The notes beneath the pieces are model-generated. The model was not told the origin of the DNA and did not search any database. It worked only from the letters and a program-made list of their open reading frames with translations. Positions 19,001 through 27,158 of a stretch of DNA of 64,000 nt are shown here, one piece after another. The stretch's first letter is position 1. Each line of letters begins with the position of its first letter. The DNA lies in the IMG/VR virus record IMGVR_UViG_3300026549_000038, positions 1 to 64,000 of that record; one strand, 5' to 3'. The DNA is from a virus. Lineage: Duplodnaviria; Caudoviricetes. The position numbers and the translations under genes are program-made.

Positions 19001-21090
19001 CTATTGGGTGTAGGTGCCACTATTTGTGTTTTCGATGGACTAGAAGGAGCAGTTGTTGCATTACTTGTCGAACCAGGAGTGATCTTTCCGTAGCTTGGTC
19101 CGTGGCTTGTAAGTACTGCAGATCTGTTACTATAAAGAGTACCGTTCTGCATATATACACTACTATTAGAGTAGGTTACTTTATATGGATTTTGAGTAGT
19201 GCCTTGTTCCTTTGCACCAACGAGATAGAGTTTATCGGTGTCTTGTGTGGCTCCGGTAGTATCTTTGGTATCTGTTGGCTCCGTTGGGAGTTTTGCTTTG
19301 ATTGCAAGACCGTCAATTGTCGCGAGAGTCACCTCGGTGTTCCATTGAAGGATGGATGTACCAGCACTTACGGGTACGTCGGCTTCGATAAATGAAACAT
19401 CAGCTGAGGTTGGTGCAGTTCCAGCAGGGACATCAGATATAAATATGATAGAATCCCCCACATCCATTTTTGCACCGAGATATGTTCCAGCTACGCTAAC
19501 TTTATACATATCTCCCTGAGATTCTGCTATGCTTGTAAACGTAGAACTTGTCCCATTGACTGTTCCGTTTTGTGCATCATATGTGCCTTTATATTTAGTA
19601 GCACCAGCGACTGCATTATCCACATATGTTGTAGTGGCATACGCCGCTGTATCCACCTGGTACTTATAAGTATTGGTGGTAGTATCCAGGTATCTCTTTA
19701 TAAATCCTGCAGAATTTCCGGCAGCTTCAAGTCCAGTTTCGAGCTTGACCAATTCGGTCGTTCCGTTGAGTTGACTTAATGTAGATGGTATAGAAATTGG
19801 AACTGAGACAGCAGAACTACCATTATAACTATAGGTTGTTGTTCCAGCCCCGGAGCTAACTGTGATGGTAAGTGTCTCACCTCCACCGCCACCGCTTCCT
19901 TGACCACTGCCATATTCACCATCTCCCAACCAAAACGGAATTGTGTTTGTTGGTATAGGGTTGAGTAGAGTTGAGGGTGCAGCAGTTGGAACATAAAGTC
20001 CATTGGTTGTCACGGAGTTATAAAAAGTACTGGTTCCGTACACCGTCAGATTCTCGCGGTCAGACGCACTTCCTATTACAAGCGGTCCTGTCATGGTGTC
20101 GCCGGCCTTGAGAACCCAAAGACCATCGTCTGTAAGATCTCCTGTGTGAGTAGGTATAGATATATCAAGACTTCCACCATCTAGTGGATTGTAATGGAAT
20201 GCTGCTCCTATAAGAGAACCTGTATGTTTATCTTTAATATTTAATATCAAATCCTTGATATTTACAGAGATCCCAGTCGTAGGTATATAAGTTATACTAT
20301 CTGTGCCGTTCTTTTGAAATATCAAGTTTTTGAGATCATTTTGAACCAAATAAACATTGTTATCAAATCTCCAAGTTCCATCACTATTTCTAGTAAGTCT
20401 GCCGCTGGCCGTTCCGGTGCTGATAGTTTCTATCTTTCGAAGTTCCGGAAAGTTCGCTGCAATCATGAATTTTGAATTGGACTCGGTCTTCGTGTAATAA
20501 TTCGATAGGTCTGTTTCAGGAAGTTTCTCATACGTGAACTGCAGGTTAGAACCGGACGCAGAATCTGTCTTTGTGACATTACTTATATAGTATCCGCTTT
20601 GAGGAGTTCCAGAGATACTGTTCACATATCCAGCGAGACTGATAGGTTCAGGAAAAACAACATTGAGCTTGTTGTTGCTATCCATCTCAAGTCCAGTACC
20701 AATTTTGATACCACCGAGAGTTTCTGTTGTCGCTGGTTGTAGTTCAAATCCGGCTGGGACAGGTTTTGTATACAGCAATAACTTATGGTCGTTTTCCGGA
20801 TCAACTTCTATATTATATATAAACCTATCGGAAGGTATGTTCTGATTTATAGAATCGAGTGTGATAGAAGGTATTGTTATTGGACTTTTTTGAAATACTA
20901 TTATTGACTCGTCTTCTGGGTCGATCCAAGCATCATCAAAATATCCATCTTGTCCAATGATTTCAATACCGCCGATACTTCCTCCTCCAGAGTTTTGTCC
21001 ATATCTACCTCTTCTAAGTCTATTCCAAATCGCGGTGAGCTCTGAATGATCGTTGTAAAACGGCTTGTTGTTCCTGTCTTTTTGTACCAT
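13018..21090 (-). CDS. Giant modular tail fibre (2690 aa)
   Basis: Fibre motifs (KxGDTMTG x3, ATTxTLGGI x2, KPTTxAGYGITDA x2, GKVGIGTTTP, SSQFLKADGS x2) and four copies of a 64-aa Gly-hinge cassette. Confidence 0.85.
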   Translation of the reverse strand: MVQKDRNNKPFYNDHSELTAIWNRLRRGRYGQNSGGGSIGGIEIIGQDGYFDDAWIDPEDESIIVFQKSPITIPSITLDSINQNIPSDRFIYNIEVDPENDHKLLLYTKPVPAGFELQPATTETLGGIKIGTGLEMDSNNKLNVVFPEPISLAGYVNSISGTPQSGYYISNVTKTDSASGSNLQFTYEKLPETDLSNYYTKTESNSKFMIAANFPELRKIETISTGTASGRLTRNSDGTWRFDNNVYLVQNDLKNLIFQKNGTDSITYIPTTGISVNIKDLILNIKDKHTGSLIGAAFHYNPLDGGSLDISIPTHTGDLTDDGLWVLKAGDTMTGPLVIGSASDRENLTVYGTSTFYNSVTTNGLYVPTAAPSTLLNPIPTNTIPFWLGDGEYGSGQGSGGGGGETLTITVSSGAGTTTYSYNGSSAVSVPISIPSTLSQLNGTTELVKLETGLEAAGNSAGFIKRYLDTTTNTYKYQVDTAAYATTTYVDNAVAGATKYKGTYDAQNGTVNGTSSTFTSIAESQGDMYKVSVAGTYLGAKMDVGDSIIFISDVPAGTAPTSADVSFIEADVPVSAGTSILQWNTEVTLATIDGLAIKAKLPTEPTDTKDTTGATQDTDKLYLVGAKEQGTTQNPYKVTYSNSSVYMQNGTLYSNRSAVLTSHGPSYGKITPGSTSNATTAPSSPSKTQIVAPTPNSNFNIVPLNKWIDVASSASNNEQAINLWHALSSVSGSATGNGTATNGLSFSIPYVGWDAAGHVTSWGNRTHSITGAQIATALNNQTVTNLTITNLTVPGTLFVPAHVPGSTGEDANATAEFWLADGEYGSVSGSGGGGGEMLTITVSSGSGTTTYNYNGSSAVSVPISIPSSLSQLSGTTELVKIENAAASGNGVLVRNNTNGQWTFDNNYLNAISPTSNTGTARPYISNITKSGHTLSITYSTLPADYQLPSELAAINAAATASSGTTTGYLKRTGTNTWSFVNETYSLSTHNHDSVYVKKTDISTGLNLNSSTGAVTLAKATTSTLGGIIISNALTGSVTLTEAAGTTENRYYGVQVDKDGKAFVNIPWTDTHNSHKVDFTAVAGTANTLTFGETFTAVVSINDTTSSTGTMTANYTTVAFTMPTETTLSLGTTSGEGNVVTGISVSNHQITMTKGITALTANDHKALTLKVGSTTVGNDYTSLVAKEYTITKSHLTGAIDSGGGYYVKKEGDTMTGPLTIAGNSNPARNADLTVLGTATFSGILNVPMHAPGSTGQDATSTSSFWLGPGEYGSSQGSGGGGGETLTISVTNSNGTTTYNYNGSSAVSVPISIPTSLSMLSGTTELQKIEYLAQSGGGFLTRNSSNGTWSWDTDTYNSIKQAIPYIEGPTTDTTAGTWTGTYDGITALEEGLTIIYVPHVAGASTTTLNINGLGAKTCYYSGTSKLTTHYPVGTPILFTYRNNGWTRADYNSNSDVYVRVYRQTTGYDDDYPIILSRTKSPGTAGSNGTYSAVYGLMGDTNQPTINPMTGEMKAVKVTATTLQGSLGWSYLTGKPTTIAGYGITDAKIVNGTITLGSNSITPLTSFTETDPTVPAWAKAANKPSYAFSEITNKPTTLAGYGITDAIPYSEILSTVNSFDNRQLWLHEVSNTFWAAHIRYDVTQTGVSGGLVNCFDGSFASTNIIPAGSTGVITIAGKNGSRMFNSGYPYGYLEIAFYNVNIPESVSVRVYSDYGSRTGWHDIQMTNVSKLNDTALYRGFNGNIYGVTQIEITITAKQENPTWITQISFFQSRGTLDQMAVFNKSIAQTLYHNLTAPKYIVTGGTSSQFLKADGSLDSNTYLTAHAYNYGQIAPGAASSAVTAPTSNTTKLESTSSHEILTITPSNKWIAVGGSNGGSGTDIFYVGHLLSGVTAGTVGTSSATSGNSLAVPYVTYDAAGHITATGTHTHTITNNVTYTGTLVADEIATWNNTTGVLKSSGAKLTDYVPKKEDITYYPYIKKAHGSAWYKVTLPFNGYTSSGNAWLMISMRLRVGSTYGDPIRLTGDIHLNYYFLKNSSNVWTAADVRGFVTGPGTGLPTIKYDLANPGIFYIYVSSLTYNVLAIHELIARDTAQNFDFTTTTIEAIAAADIPAAANQTVPIAGFYMPDTNDVRTQNSVVIESNYGSHFTWAPSTPSGTTSWARDVLEASAGNHTFEIGIKGTGQNHDYAYIGYGGYNSLGKIGLYPDGTMVHGYKTVLKGNSTGASTISSALDAVVIAPMPTRAGVGSYYPGLAFHGLYDHNNSTTYNAAVQAWIGVRCTSTTGSELSALVFATKSGTTNSDRPVERMCILPDGKVGIGTTTPTYGLHHVGTSYFNGEATFPKILNVPMHDPSDTSSTTNASFWLGTGEYGSSQGSGGGGGETLTISVSTGSGTTSYSYNGSSAVSVPLTIPSVLSQLSGTTELVKIQTLAATGTPSGFLKRASGGTWSFDTNTYVTSSGNVASANSVKTVKTSTNADFYPTFVDSSNSSATAESVYTGDILKFNPSSGMLTLAKLNLNREAGTVYGRVGFYKNNYYTWYEYMSNVTAGGCPTGATPPTGTYVTSWARRSLIENSSGYGWIWESSSNTANATPAIQMELSSKTGNLKVTGSITGSSIVKSGGTSSQFLKADGSVDSNTYLTSASLSGYVQKSGDTMTGDLRLSANNLYIGSATTSQCHQQYDATNKCLNFIFD
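13822..19935 (-). repeat. Four dispersed 192-bp in-frame repeats within the giant fibre (13822-14013, 17113-17304, 18451-18642, 19744-19935)
   Basis: Each encodes FWLxxGEYGSxxGSGGGGGExLTIxVxxxxGTTxYxYNGSSAVSVPxxIPxxLSxLxGTTELxK; all four are the same length. Confidence 0.9.
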
Positions 21091-21106
21091 ATCTATATAA
21101 TAATAA

Positions 21107-21129
21107 AGGTCACAATAAGATTGTGACCT
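21107..21129 (-). terminator. Intrinsic terminator / perfect hairpin
   Basis: AGGTCACAAT-AAG-ATTGTGACCT, a 10-bp perfect stem between the ACP gene and the fibre gene. Confidence 0.65.
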
Positions 21130-21155
21130 AAAAAACAGGAATATCTGACAGATTA

Positions 21156-21785
21156 CTATCTTCCTATCTTGTCATATGACTGAATAAGACTGACTGCCCT
21201 GTCAAACTCTCCGCGGCAAAGATTTTTTGCATCCTCGGTGGTGAATCGAATACCATATGCAGTTTCGATCTTAAAAGCAACGTCAAGCATCTCCAATGAG
21301 TCGAAACCGTAAAGTTTGTAAAGCTTCTTTGCCTTTTTCACATCAGCCAAAGTCTTTCTTTTGCTTCCGGAGTTATTAAGTATTCTCAGCAAGTCGTTCT
21401 CTACCTCGAATTTTTCCTTTGCCTTTGGAAGCTCCGGAATTGTAACAGGCTCGGCATCCTTTGGTGCAATATCAGTCAGTACAGGCTCGGCATCCTTCGG
21501 AATGTTCGGAGTAGTATCCTTTGGAAGTTCAGAGTCGTATGTGACATGCTTTTCTGGTGTGGTTGTAGGAATCTTTTTGTTTGTGTTCTTTTTTACAGTC
21601 TTTGAATTGTTGGTCTTATTAACTGCGTTCATTACAGGCTTCTGAGTCTTTGATGCAGCAGCCTCCTTTTCAACCTTGGTTTCTTTAACTGCTTTAACAG
21701 TTTTGTTGTTAGGTGTCTTCTGCACTCTCGGCTTAGGCTGTGTTTTAGACTGTTTTGTCTTTGTTTGGTTTTTCTTCTCTACCAT
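21156..21785 (-). CDS. Acyl-carrier-protein (PP-binding) domain protein with long Lys/Pro/Thr-rich N-terminal extension
   Basis: C-terminal YGFDSLEMLDVAFKIETAYGIRFTTEDA matches the ACP GxDSL...E..FGI pattern, including the phosphopantetheine Ser. Confidence 0.7.
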   Translation of the reverse strand: MVEKKNQTKTKQSKTQPKPRVQKTPNNKTVKAVKETKVEKEAAASKTQKPVMNAVNKTNNSKTVKKNTNKKIPTTTPEKHVTYDSELPKDTTPNIPKDAEPVLTDIAPKDAEPVTIPELPKAKEKFEVENDLLRILNNSGSKRKTLADVKKAKKLYKLYGFDSLEMLDVAFKIETAYGIRFTTEDAKNLCRGEFDRAVSLIQSYDKIGR

Positions 21786-21820
21786 AATTCGAATTTGGTT
21801 TATTTGAATTTTTATTTGTT

Positions 21821-22063
21821 TTAATCTTCTAAATCGTCATTTTCTGAATTTTTAAACTCGAACGAATGTTCATCTACAAAATCCTTCATAGCTTCTATAA
21901 CAGACGATGGATGAAACGTCATTCCGATCATTGCACAATAAAACGCCTGGACCCAGTCTGCGGCATTGCTGTCATGACACGGAGTCTCAACAGTTACAGT
22001 AGTTTCATATGAGTGCATTTTCAAATAAGCTGGATCTTCCTCTCTATATACTCTATTATCCAT
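21821..22063 (-). CDS. Hypothetical protein
   Basis: Intact 80-aa ORF in a minus-strand operon. Confidence 0.6.
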   Translation of the reverse strand: MDNRVYREEDPAYLKMHSYETTVTVETPCHDSNAADWVQAFYCAMIGMTFHPSSVIEAMKDFVDEHSFEFKNSENDDLED

Positions 22064-22086
22064 AATTTAATATTGTTTATTAAAAA

Positions 22087-22575
22087 TCAACATGTTACTG
22101 CCTCGAAAGTCAAATATAATGTTATCTCTATTGGTGAACTAGTGCCAGCGGTTTGTGATTTCATAGATTTGGTATTTATTTTAAAGTTAAACCTCCCTAG
22201 GTTCATAGTTGCAGTTTTTGCAAAAAACTCAGGGTATTCATCCATTTCTATGTAATCTCTCGCTGTGAGAGTTGTCCAAAGCAAAGTGAATTGTTCTTTC
22301 ACGAACTTTTTGATATAACTAACCTTTGGTATTACATATTTCAACGAAGGATACAAATGATTCCCTGCTTGTTTACATTCTACGTAATCTATTCCAGGAA
22401 CGATGTTATACATAAACTTATCTATTGAACCGATCAGCCACTTATAACCGTAGTTATTCATGATTTCTTCTACTCGGTTGAAATCAAAGCTACACAACAA
22501 ATCCATCAATGATTCGTAAAATTTTATAGTTTCACTATCGGAAACTGGTATTGATATCGAGGTTGTTTGTTTCAT
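22087..22575 (-). CDS. Hypothetical protein, paralog of 56944..57438
   Basis: Shared F(D/E)FxxVxxxxxxYxxxW, IPKxxYI and GRF motifs. Confidence 0.65.
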   Translation of the reverse strand: MKQTTSISIPVSDSETIKFYESLMDLLCSFDFNRVEEIMNNYGYKWLIGSIDKFMYNIVPGIDYVECKQAGNHLYPSLKYVIPKVSYIKKFVKEQFTLLWTTLTARDYIEMDEYPEFFAKTATMNLGRFNFKINTKSMKSQTAGTSSPIEITLYLTFEAVTC

Positions 22576-22598
22576 TATATAAATATATTAAATATGTG

Positions 22599-23705
22599 TT
22601 AGAAATTAAAGTCTCCGGAACCTGTTATAGAATCAAATATGCTTTCAATTTCATTATTTTTATCTTCTATAAATACTTTATAGTTTGACCTGACGTAATC
22701 AACATCATACAGCTTATATTCAGATTCAGACATCCTATCAACTATGTCTTTTGGAATTACACGACTGTTTAACCAAACCAATCGGCCATTAAACACAATC
22801 ATTTCTTCTACGATACTCGGATCTCTTTTGAGATGATTGAACTTTTTCATGTCAACAATATCCCTTGAAATATTGTTGCGTTCCTTTAAAAGATCATCCA
22901 TAGAATCTATGTCGTATTTTTCCGTGATCTTTTCGAAATCCTTCATTGAAAAATTTTGAGTTCTTCCATTTTTTAAATATGAAATGACAGGTTTAATGTT
23001 GTCTCCGGCATCTCCCATAAGTATCTTTTCTAAAACTATACTAAACGGAGATATATATGACTTGTCTAATGGCCATTTCGAGAGCGATTCCAGCATCGTC
23101 GGTTTGGGTTCGATAACTTTCATAAAAAAGTCTATGTCGTCCTCCTGAACTGGGCTTAATTTAGAATCCAACCAAAGCCCAGCTTTGCTATTATACCACG
23201 CAGTGAATGTGTTGGTTTCGCCATCGTATTTTACCAATTGCTTGAGGTCGTTATCTGAAGTCCAAATAATACAATTTATACCTCTCTTATTAAGAGTAGT
23301 ACTCCAGTACCAAGCCCAATCGTCTCCTTCCACATCCCTTGCTTGAGAGCAAGTTACACCAAGACTTGCAGCGTGCTTCATAAAATTATTTAGCGTATGA
23401 AAGATCCTATCCCAGTCTATATCTTCCTTATGGGTTCGGTTGCCTTTATAAACAACATCTTTGATGATCTTTGGCTGTTCTAATCGTTTCCTCCAAGAAC
23501 CTCCATCTGCAATCATAACAAGATTGTCTACACCAGTAAGAATGTTAAGGACTGCTCCTATAGACTGAGCCAATCTGTTCTGTAATTCTTCTGCAGCGGC
23601 TTCTAAAACATTGTCCGGGTTATTTAATTGAAATTGTTTAAGCATTACTGATACTCTACTGATCAAAAGCCAGTTCATATCAATAACAAGTGTGCATTTA
23701 TTCAT
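22599..23705 (-). CDS. rnh: T4 RNase H / 5'-3' flap exonuclease
   Basis: LVIDMN, DGGSWRK, YKGNR, VEGDD, TSDNDLKQLV and GDAGDNI catalytic motifs. Confidence 0.9.
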   Translation of the reverse strand: MNKCTLVIDMNWLLISRVSVMLKQFQLNNPDNVLEAAAEELQNRLAQSIGAVLNILTGVDNLVMIADGGSWRKRLEQPKIIKDVVYKGNRTHKEDIDWDRIFHTLNNFMKHAASLGVTCSQARDVEGDDWAWYWSTTLNKRGINCIIWTSDNDLKQLVKYDGETNTFTAWYNSKAGLWLDSKLSPVQEDDIDFFMKVIEPKPTMLESLSKWPLDKSYISPFSIVLEKILMGDAGDNIKPVISYLKNGRTQNFSMKDFEKITEKYDIDSMDDLLKERNNISRDIVDMKKFNHLKRDPSIVEEMIVFNGRLVWLNSRVIPKDIVDRMSESEYKLYDVDYVRSNYKVFIEDKNNEIESIFDSITGSGDFNF

Positions 23706-23728
23706 ATGATGTATGATTTTATATAAAT

Positions 23729-23757
23729 AATATATATAGTAAATAACGTTTATTTAA
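23729..23757 (-). promoter_or_regulatory. Bipartite promoter-like motif TTAAATAAA-N13-ATATATT (example upstream of rnh)
   Basis: Closely related motif with the same spacing at 5014-5042, 32029-32057 and 42527-42555; near match at 650-677. Confidence 0.55.
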
Positions 23758-23762
23758 AACAA

Positions 23763-23786
23763 AGAAAGACCCGTTTGGGTCTTTCT
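23763..23786. terminator. Intrinsic terminator
   Basis: AGAAAGACCC-GTTT-GGGTCTTTCT hairpin with A/T flanks, downstream of rimK. Confidence 0.7.
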
Positions 23787-23813
23787 ATTTGTTGTTGTGT
23801 TTTATGTTATTAA

Positions 23814-25472
23814 TTATATTATCTTTACTTTCTGCATCTCTTTGGTGAGCATGTGAGAGTTGTTTGGATGAACTACATATCCTAGCTTACTAAGTATGTC
23901 TCTATTTAACAAGAGGTTTGTTGACTTGCCAGAACGATTTTTAACTATTGCGATTCTTGGATTCTTTACTTTTCTCAGTCCCAGAGTTAATTCTGAAACT
24001 TCAATAATTGGTCTCGTCCTGCGAGCTTTCTTCGCTTCGTCATCTTCTTCATCATTTTCAGGATTGTTTGTTGCAATTATCATTTTATCTACCACATCAA
24101 ATGTCAACTTCTTTCCATCAACAGAAAATGTAACTTTTTCATTTTCAATATTGTATTCGCCTACCTCTAATGTACATGCTCTAGCTGAGTTTCCGGTATC
24201 GAGTTTTGCAAGGAACTGTTTTTTTACATTGTTACCAAAATCAATATCTACACTTTCAACAAACCCGGCAATCTTGTCTTGTAGCATAAACTCACTAGGG
24301 TCGTTGAGCTCGCTGATAAGAATGCTAATGAAGTTGTCCTTCATAACATCGGAAATGCCTTGGGTTCCAGGACTAGCATTGATCTCGAGCACAACATTGT
24401 CTCCAATCTTTGGGTTGCTGCCTTTGACCAACGGCATGATATCCACTGCACACCAAGGGAGTTTTGAGAGCTGTGCAGTCCTTAAAGCAATCTGTTCTTG
24501 TTCTGGTGTCAGTTTTACTGGTTCTGCGCTAGCGCCAAGACTGACATTACTTCTAAAATCAGATTTGATTTTAATCCTCTTCATTGCAGCCAAGATAACT
24601 TGCTTGTTTCTAAGAGTCAGCACATGCACACGAATGTCTCCTCCGTCAGCTTCTTCTTTTTTCTGGAGTAAAAGTTGCCTCTCTGGATCTATAGCAAATA
24701 TTGTTTGAAGGATAGCTAAGATTCTTTTACCGTTTGCTAGCGACACTCCTGTACCCCCATGTCCGTCGAGGATCTTAATCACAAACTCTAGCTTTTCGTT
24801 TTTGTCGTTATCTTTTGCGTCCCATTCAGGATATACATTCTGCATAGCTTCATTGTAGCGTTCCTCATCGTAAAGGATTTCCTTTGTCATAAGAGCAAAA
24901 TTTGGCTGAGGAATGTTACCTTTCTCAAAAAGAATTGCTGACTGATATTTATCACTCGCCAGTTCACTATAACGAATTGGATTCAAAACCAAAAATCCTC
25001 GATCCTGCAGTAGCTGGACTATATGTTCACACTGATCTTCCCCTTGGACTCCTAGACGACTAAAGATTAAAGTATCTATATTAGACTCTTTATTGATTGA
25101 AAATTTTTCAGTTCCGTCGTCTAATGTTATATTTTCCTCGTTGTCATCTACAACCATCTTTGCAGCTACAAAGATGTGCACCTCTGGTACTATTGTTCCA
25201 GCTTTCTTGCATTCTTCTACACATTCTAAAATATTTTTTAGAGTTTTATTATCTTTCGGATCCCGATCATTGGTGAAAACAATGATGTGTTTAAAGATAT
25301 TCTCTACTTTACCTTCTAAATTAGCGTATTTCACCGGAAGTTTATCATCGTTGATGACTTTTCCTTCTTTGGAGGTATCATTTTCGTCTTTTTTAGATTC
25401 TGTTATAGGCGAAGACAAATGATAATACTCGCGAAATTCTTCAACGCTATTGAAATCATTGTATCCTTTCAT
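23814..25472 (-). CDS. rimK: RimK-family ATP-grasp ligase fused to a C-terminal RimB-like (DTG) aspartyl protease domain
   Basis: ASDKY, VIKILDGHGGTGV, DIRVHV, DFRSNVSLG, AVDIM, LEINASPG; then GFVE...AKLDTGNSA...RPII...LLLNRD. Confidence 0.9.
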   Translation of the reverse strand: MKGYNDFNSVEEFREYYHLSSPITESKKDENDTSKEGKVINDDKLPVKYANLEGKVENIFKHIIVFTNDRDPKDNKTLKNILECVEECKKAGTIVPEVHIFVAAKMVVDDNEENITLDDGTEKFSINKESNIDTLIFSRLGVQGEDQCEHIVQLLQDRGFLVLNPIRYSELASDKYQSAILFEKGNIPQPNFALMTKEILYDEERYNEAMQNVYPEWDAKDNDKNEKLEFVIKILDGHGGTGVSLANGKRILAILQTIFAIDPERQLLLQKKEEADGGDIRVHVLTLRNKQVILAAMKRIKIKSDFRSNVSLGASAEPVKLTPEQEQIALRTAQLSKLPWCAVDIMPLVKGSNPKIGDNVVLEINASPGTQGISDVMKDNFISILISELNDPSEFMLQDKIAGFVESVDIDFGNNVKKQFLAKLDTGNSARACTLEVGEYNIENEKVTFSVDGKKLTFDVVDKMIIATNNPENDEEDDEAKKARRTRPIIEVSELTLGLRKVKNPRIAIVKNRSGKSTNLLLNRDILSKLGYVVHPNNSHMLTKEMQKVKII

Positions 25473-25523
25473 ATAGTTAGTTCATTTGATTTACTATATA
25501 ATAAGATAAACTATAGATCTTTG

Positions 25524-27152
25524 TTATTTTTGCTCGATGGTAAATGTTGAATGTTTTTCAAAATTCTCTCCGGGTGTCAATTCAACTGATATCGTTCCAT
25601 CTAACCACTTTGTATCTATATCTTGATGAGAAGTTATCAAAATGGTGTTTTGTCCATCTAGATTTTCTCTTAAAATCTCACACATTTCGCTTCTTAGATC
25701 GTAATCAAGATTACTAAATAGCTCATCTAGGAACAGTATATTCATATTATGTGCGCTAATGATAGTGTTAATCACGCCTAAAATAATAACCATATCGACT
25801 ACCCTTAACTGTCCTACGCTAAGACTCCAAACCGGTACTGGATGGTCTAATCCATACATATTTAAACTACATTCAAAATCATCCCCGAATGTAATTGTAT
25901 ATGGCAATCGAAGTCTTGATGCGTACTTGTTGATGTTTTTATTAAGAATCGGTATAAACACCTGTAATATTTTATTCCTAGCGTCTACAAGCAAGTTATC
26001 AATAAGCATTTGCCACTCGCTACTGTCCTTTAATAAGACGTCTTGTGAATCTTTTTGAACAGACAGTTCTTTTTGTAACCCTGTAATTTCGTCTTGGTTT
26101 ATCGCTACTCTTTTCTCTTGTTCCTCAAGCCGGACTTTAAGATTGTTCTTCTGAGACAGCTCTTTTGCTATGGGGTCTCTCTTATTATTATATTCCGCTC
26201 TTTGCTGATTATACTCTTGCTGAATGACTGACAAGTCATTGTTTAGTTGTTTATATTGAGATAACAAAACTTCTCGTTCTTGTTCTTTGATTGCAAGATG
26301 ACTCTGGTCTATAGGAGCCCCGCAAGTCGGACAGATGCCCTTTTTAATAAAATCTATTTCTTTCTTTTTATTTACACCTAAAGTCTTAACTGTGTTGATG
26401 TTAGCATTTATCTCAGAACATCTCCGGTGATAGTCTTTCTCCCAGAGTTCTTGGTCGGAATCTAGTCTTTTAACAGTTTCACGGAGTTCGTTTATCTCAT
26501 TGATAATCACAGAGATATCTCCAGGAACCACGTCTACTTGCTGCATCTTATTCAACCTTTGAATCTGATCTTGAAGACTTCTGATATTACTATTGGTGTT
26601 TACGAGTTGCCTGTCACAGTCTTTTTTGAATTCTTTACTAATTTCGGCATACTCAGACAAAACCGAAAATCCAAGTATATTATCTAAAAATCTTTTAGTG
26701 TCTCTTTGATTCATAGTCGACATGGATTTAAAGTTATTGAATGATATGATGCACATCATTTCAACAGCCAGTTCAGACACATCGTAATATTCAGTTTCTA
26801 GAATAGATTGCGCGTTGCGCTTATCTGTAAAGTTAAGCACCTGTCCATCTATTTCTACATATATCGGACATTGACCTTGAGTCTTGAGAGTTCTTTCAAT
26901 AAAAATAGAATGTCCCTTTGATGTACACCAGAGCTGAACGCTCCCTTTTTTCCTTCCCCAACTCACAAGCCCTGCGTTATTTTTTCCTCCGACTGCTCCA
27001 AAAAGCCCATATATGATGGCTTCACTGATCGTAGTCTTACCGGAACCCACTGGACCTTTTAACCACCACATTCCTTTAATATTATCGAAGTCTAATTCAA
27101 GATCGTCGTATACAGATTTAAACCCGTGTATTTTGATTTTATGTATTTTCAT
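25524..27152 (-). CDS. gp46: T4 gp46-like recombination endonuclease ATPase subunit (SbcC/Rad50 family)
   Basis: Walker A GPVGSGKTT, coiled coil with CPTCG zinc hook, LSVGQ signature, LFLDE Walker B, TSH H-loop. Confidence 0.9.
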   Translation of the reverse strand: MKIHKIKIHGFKSVYDDLELDFDNIKGMWWLKGPVGSGKTTISEAIIYGLFGAVGGKNNAGLVSWGRKKGSVQLWCTSKGHSIFIERTLKTQGQCPIYVEIDGQVLNFTDKRNAQSILETEYYDVSELAVEMMCIISFNNFKSMSTMNQRDTKRFLDNILGFSVLSEYAEISKEFKKDCDRQLVNTNSNIRSLQDQIQRLNKMQQVDVVPGDISVIINEINELRETVKRLDSDQELWEKDYHRRCSEINANINTVKTLGVNKKKEIDFIKKGICPTCGAPIDQSHLAIKEQEREVLLSQYKQLNNDLSVIQQEYNQQRAEYNNKRDPIAKELSQKNNLKVRLEEQEKRVAINQDEITGLQKELSVQKDSQDVLLKDSSEWQMLIDNLLVDARNKILQVFIPILNKNINKYASRLRLPYTITFGDDFECSLNMYGLDHPVPVWSLSVGQLRVVDMVIILGVINTIISAHNMNILFLDELFSNLDYDLRSEMCEILRENLDGQNTILITSHQDIDTKWLDGTISVELTPGENFEKHSTFTIEQK

Positions 27153-27158
27153 ATATTA

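Noticed and set aside
5046-21090. Diversity-generating retroelement or shufflon in the fibre cluster
   Set aside because: Repeats are direct, in-frame and differ largely at synonymous positions, not adenine-specifically; no reverse transcriptase or invertase in the window.
23896-24708. 270-aa plus-strand ORF
   Set aside because: Antisense shadow of rimK; S/L/F-rich with no motifs.
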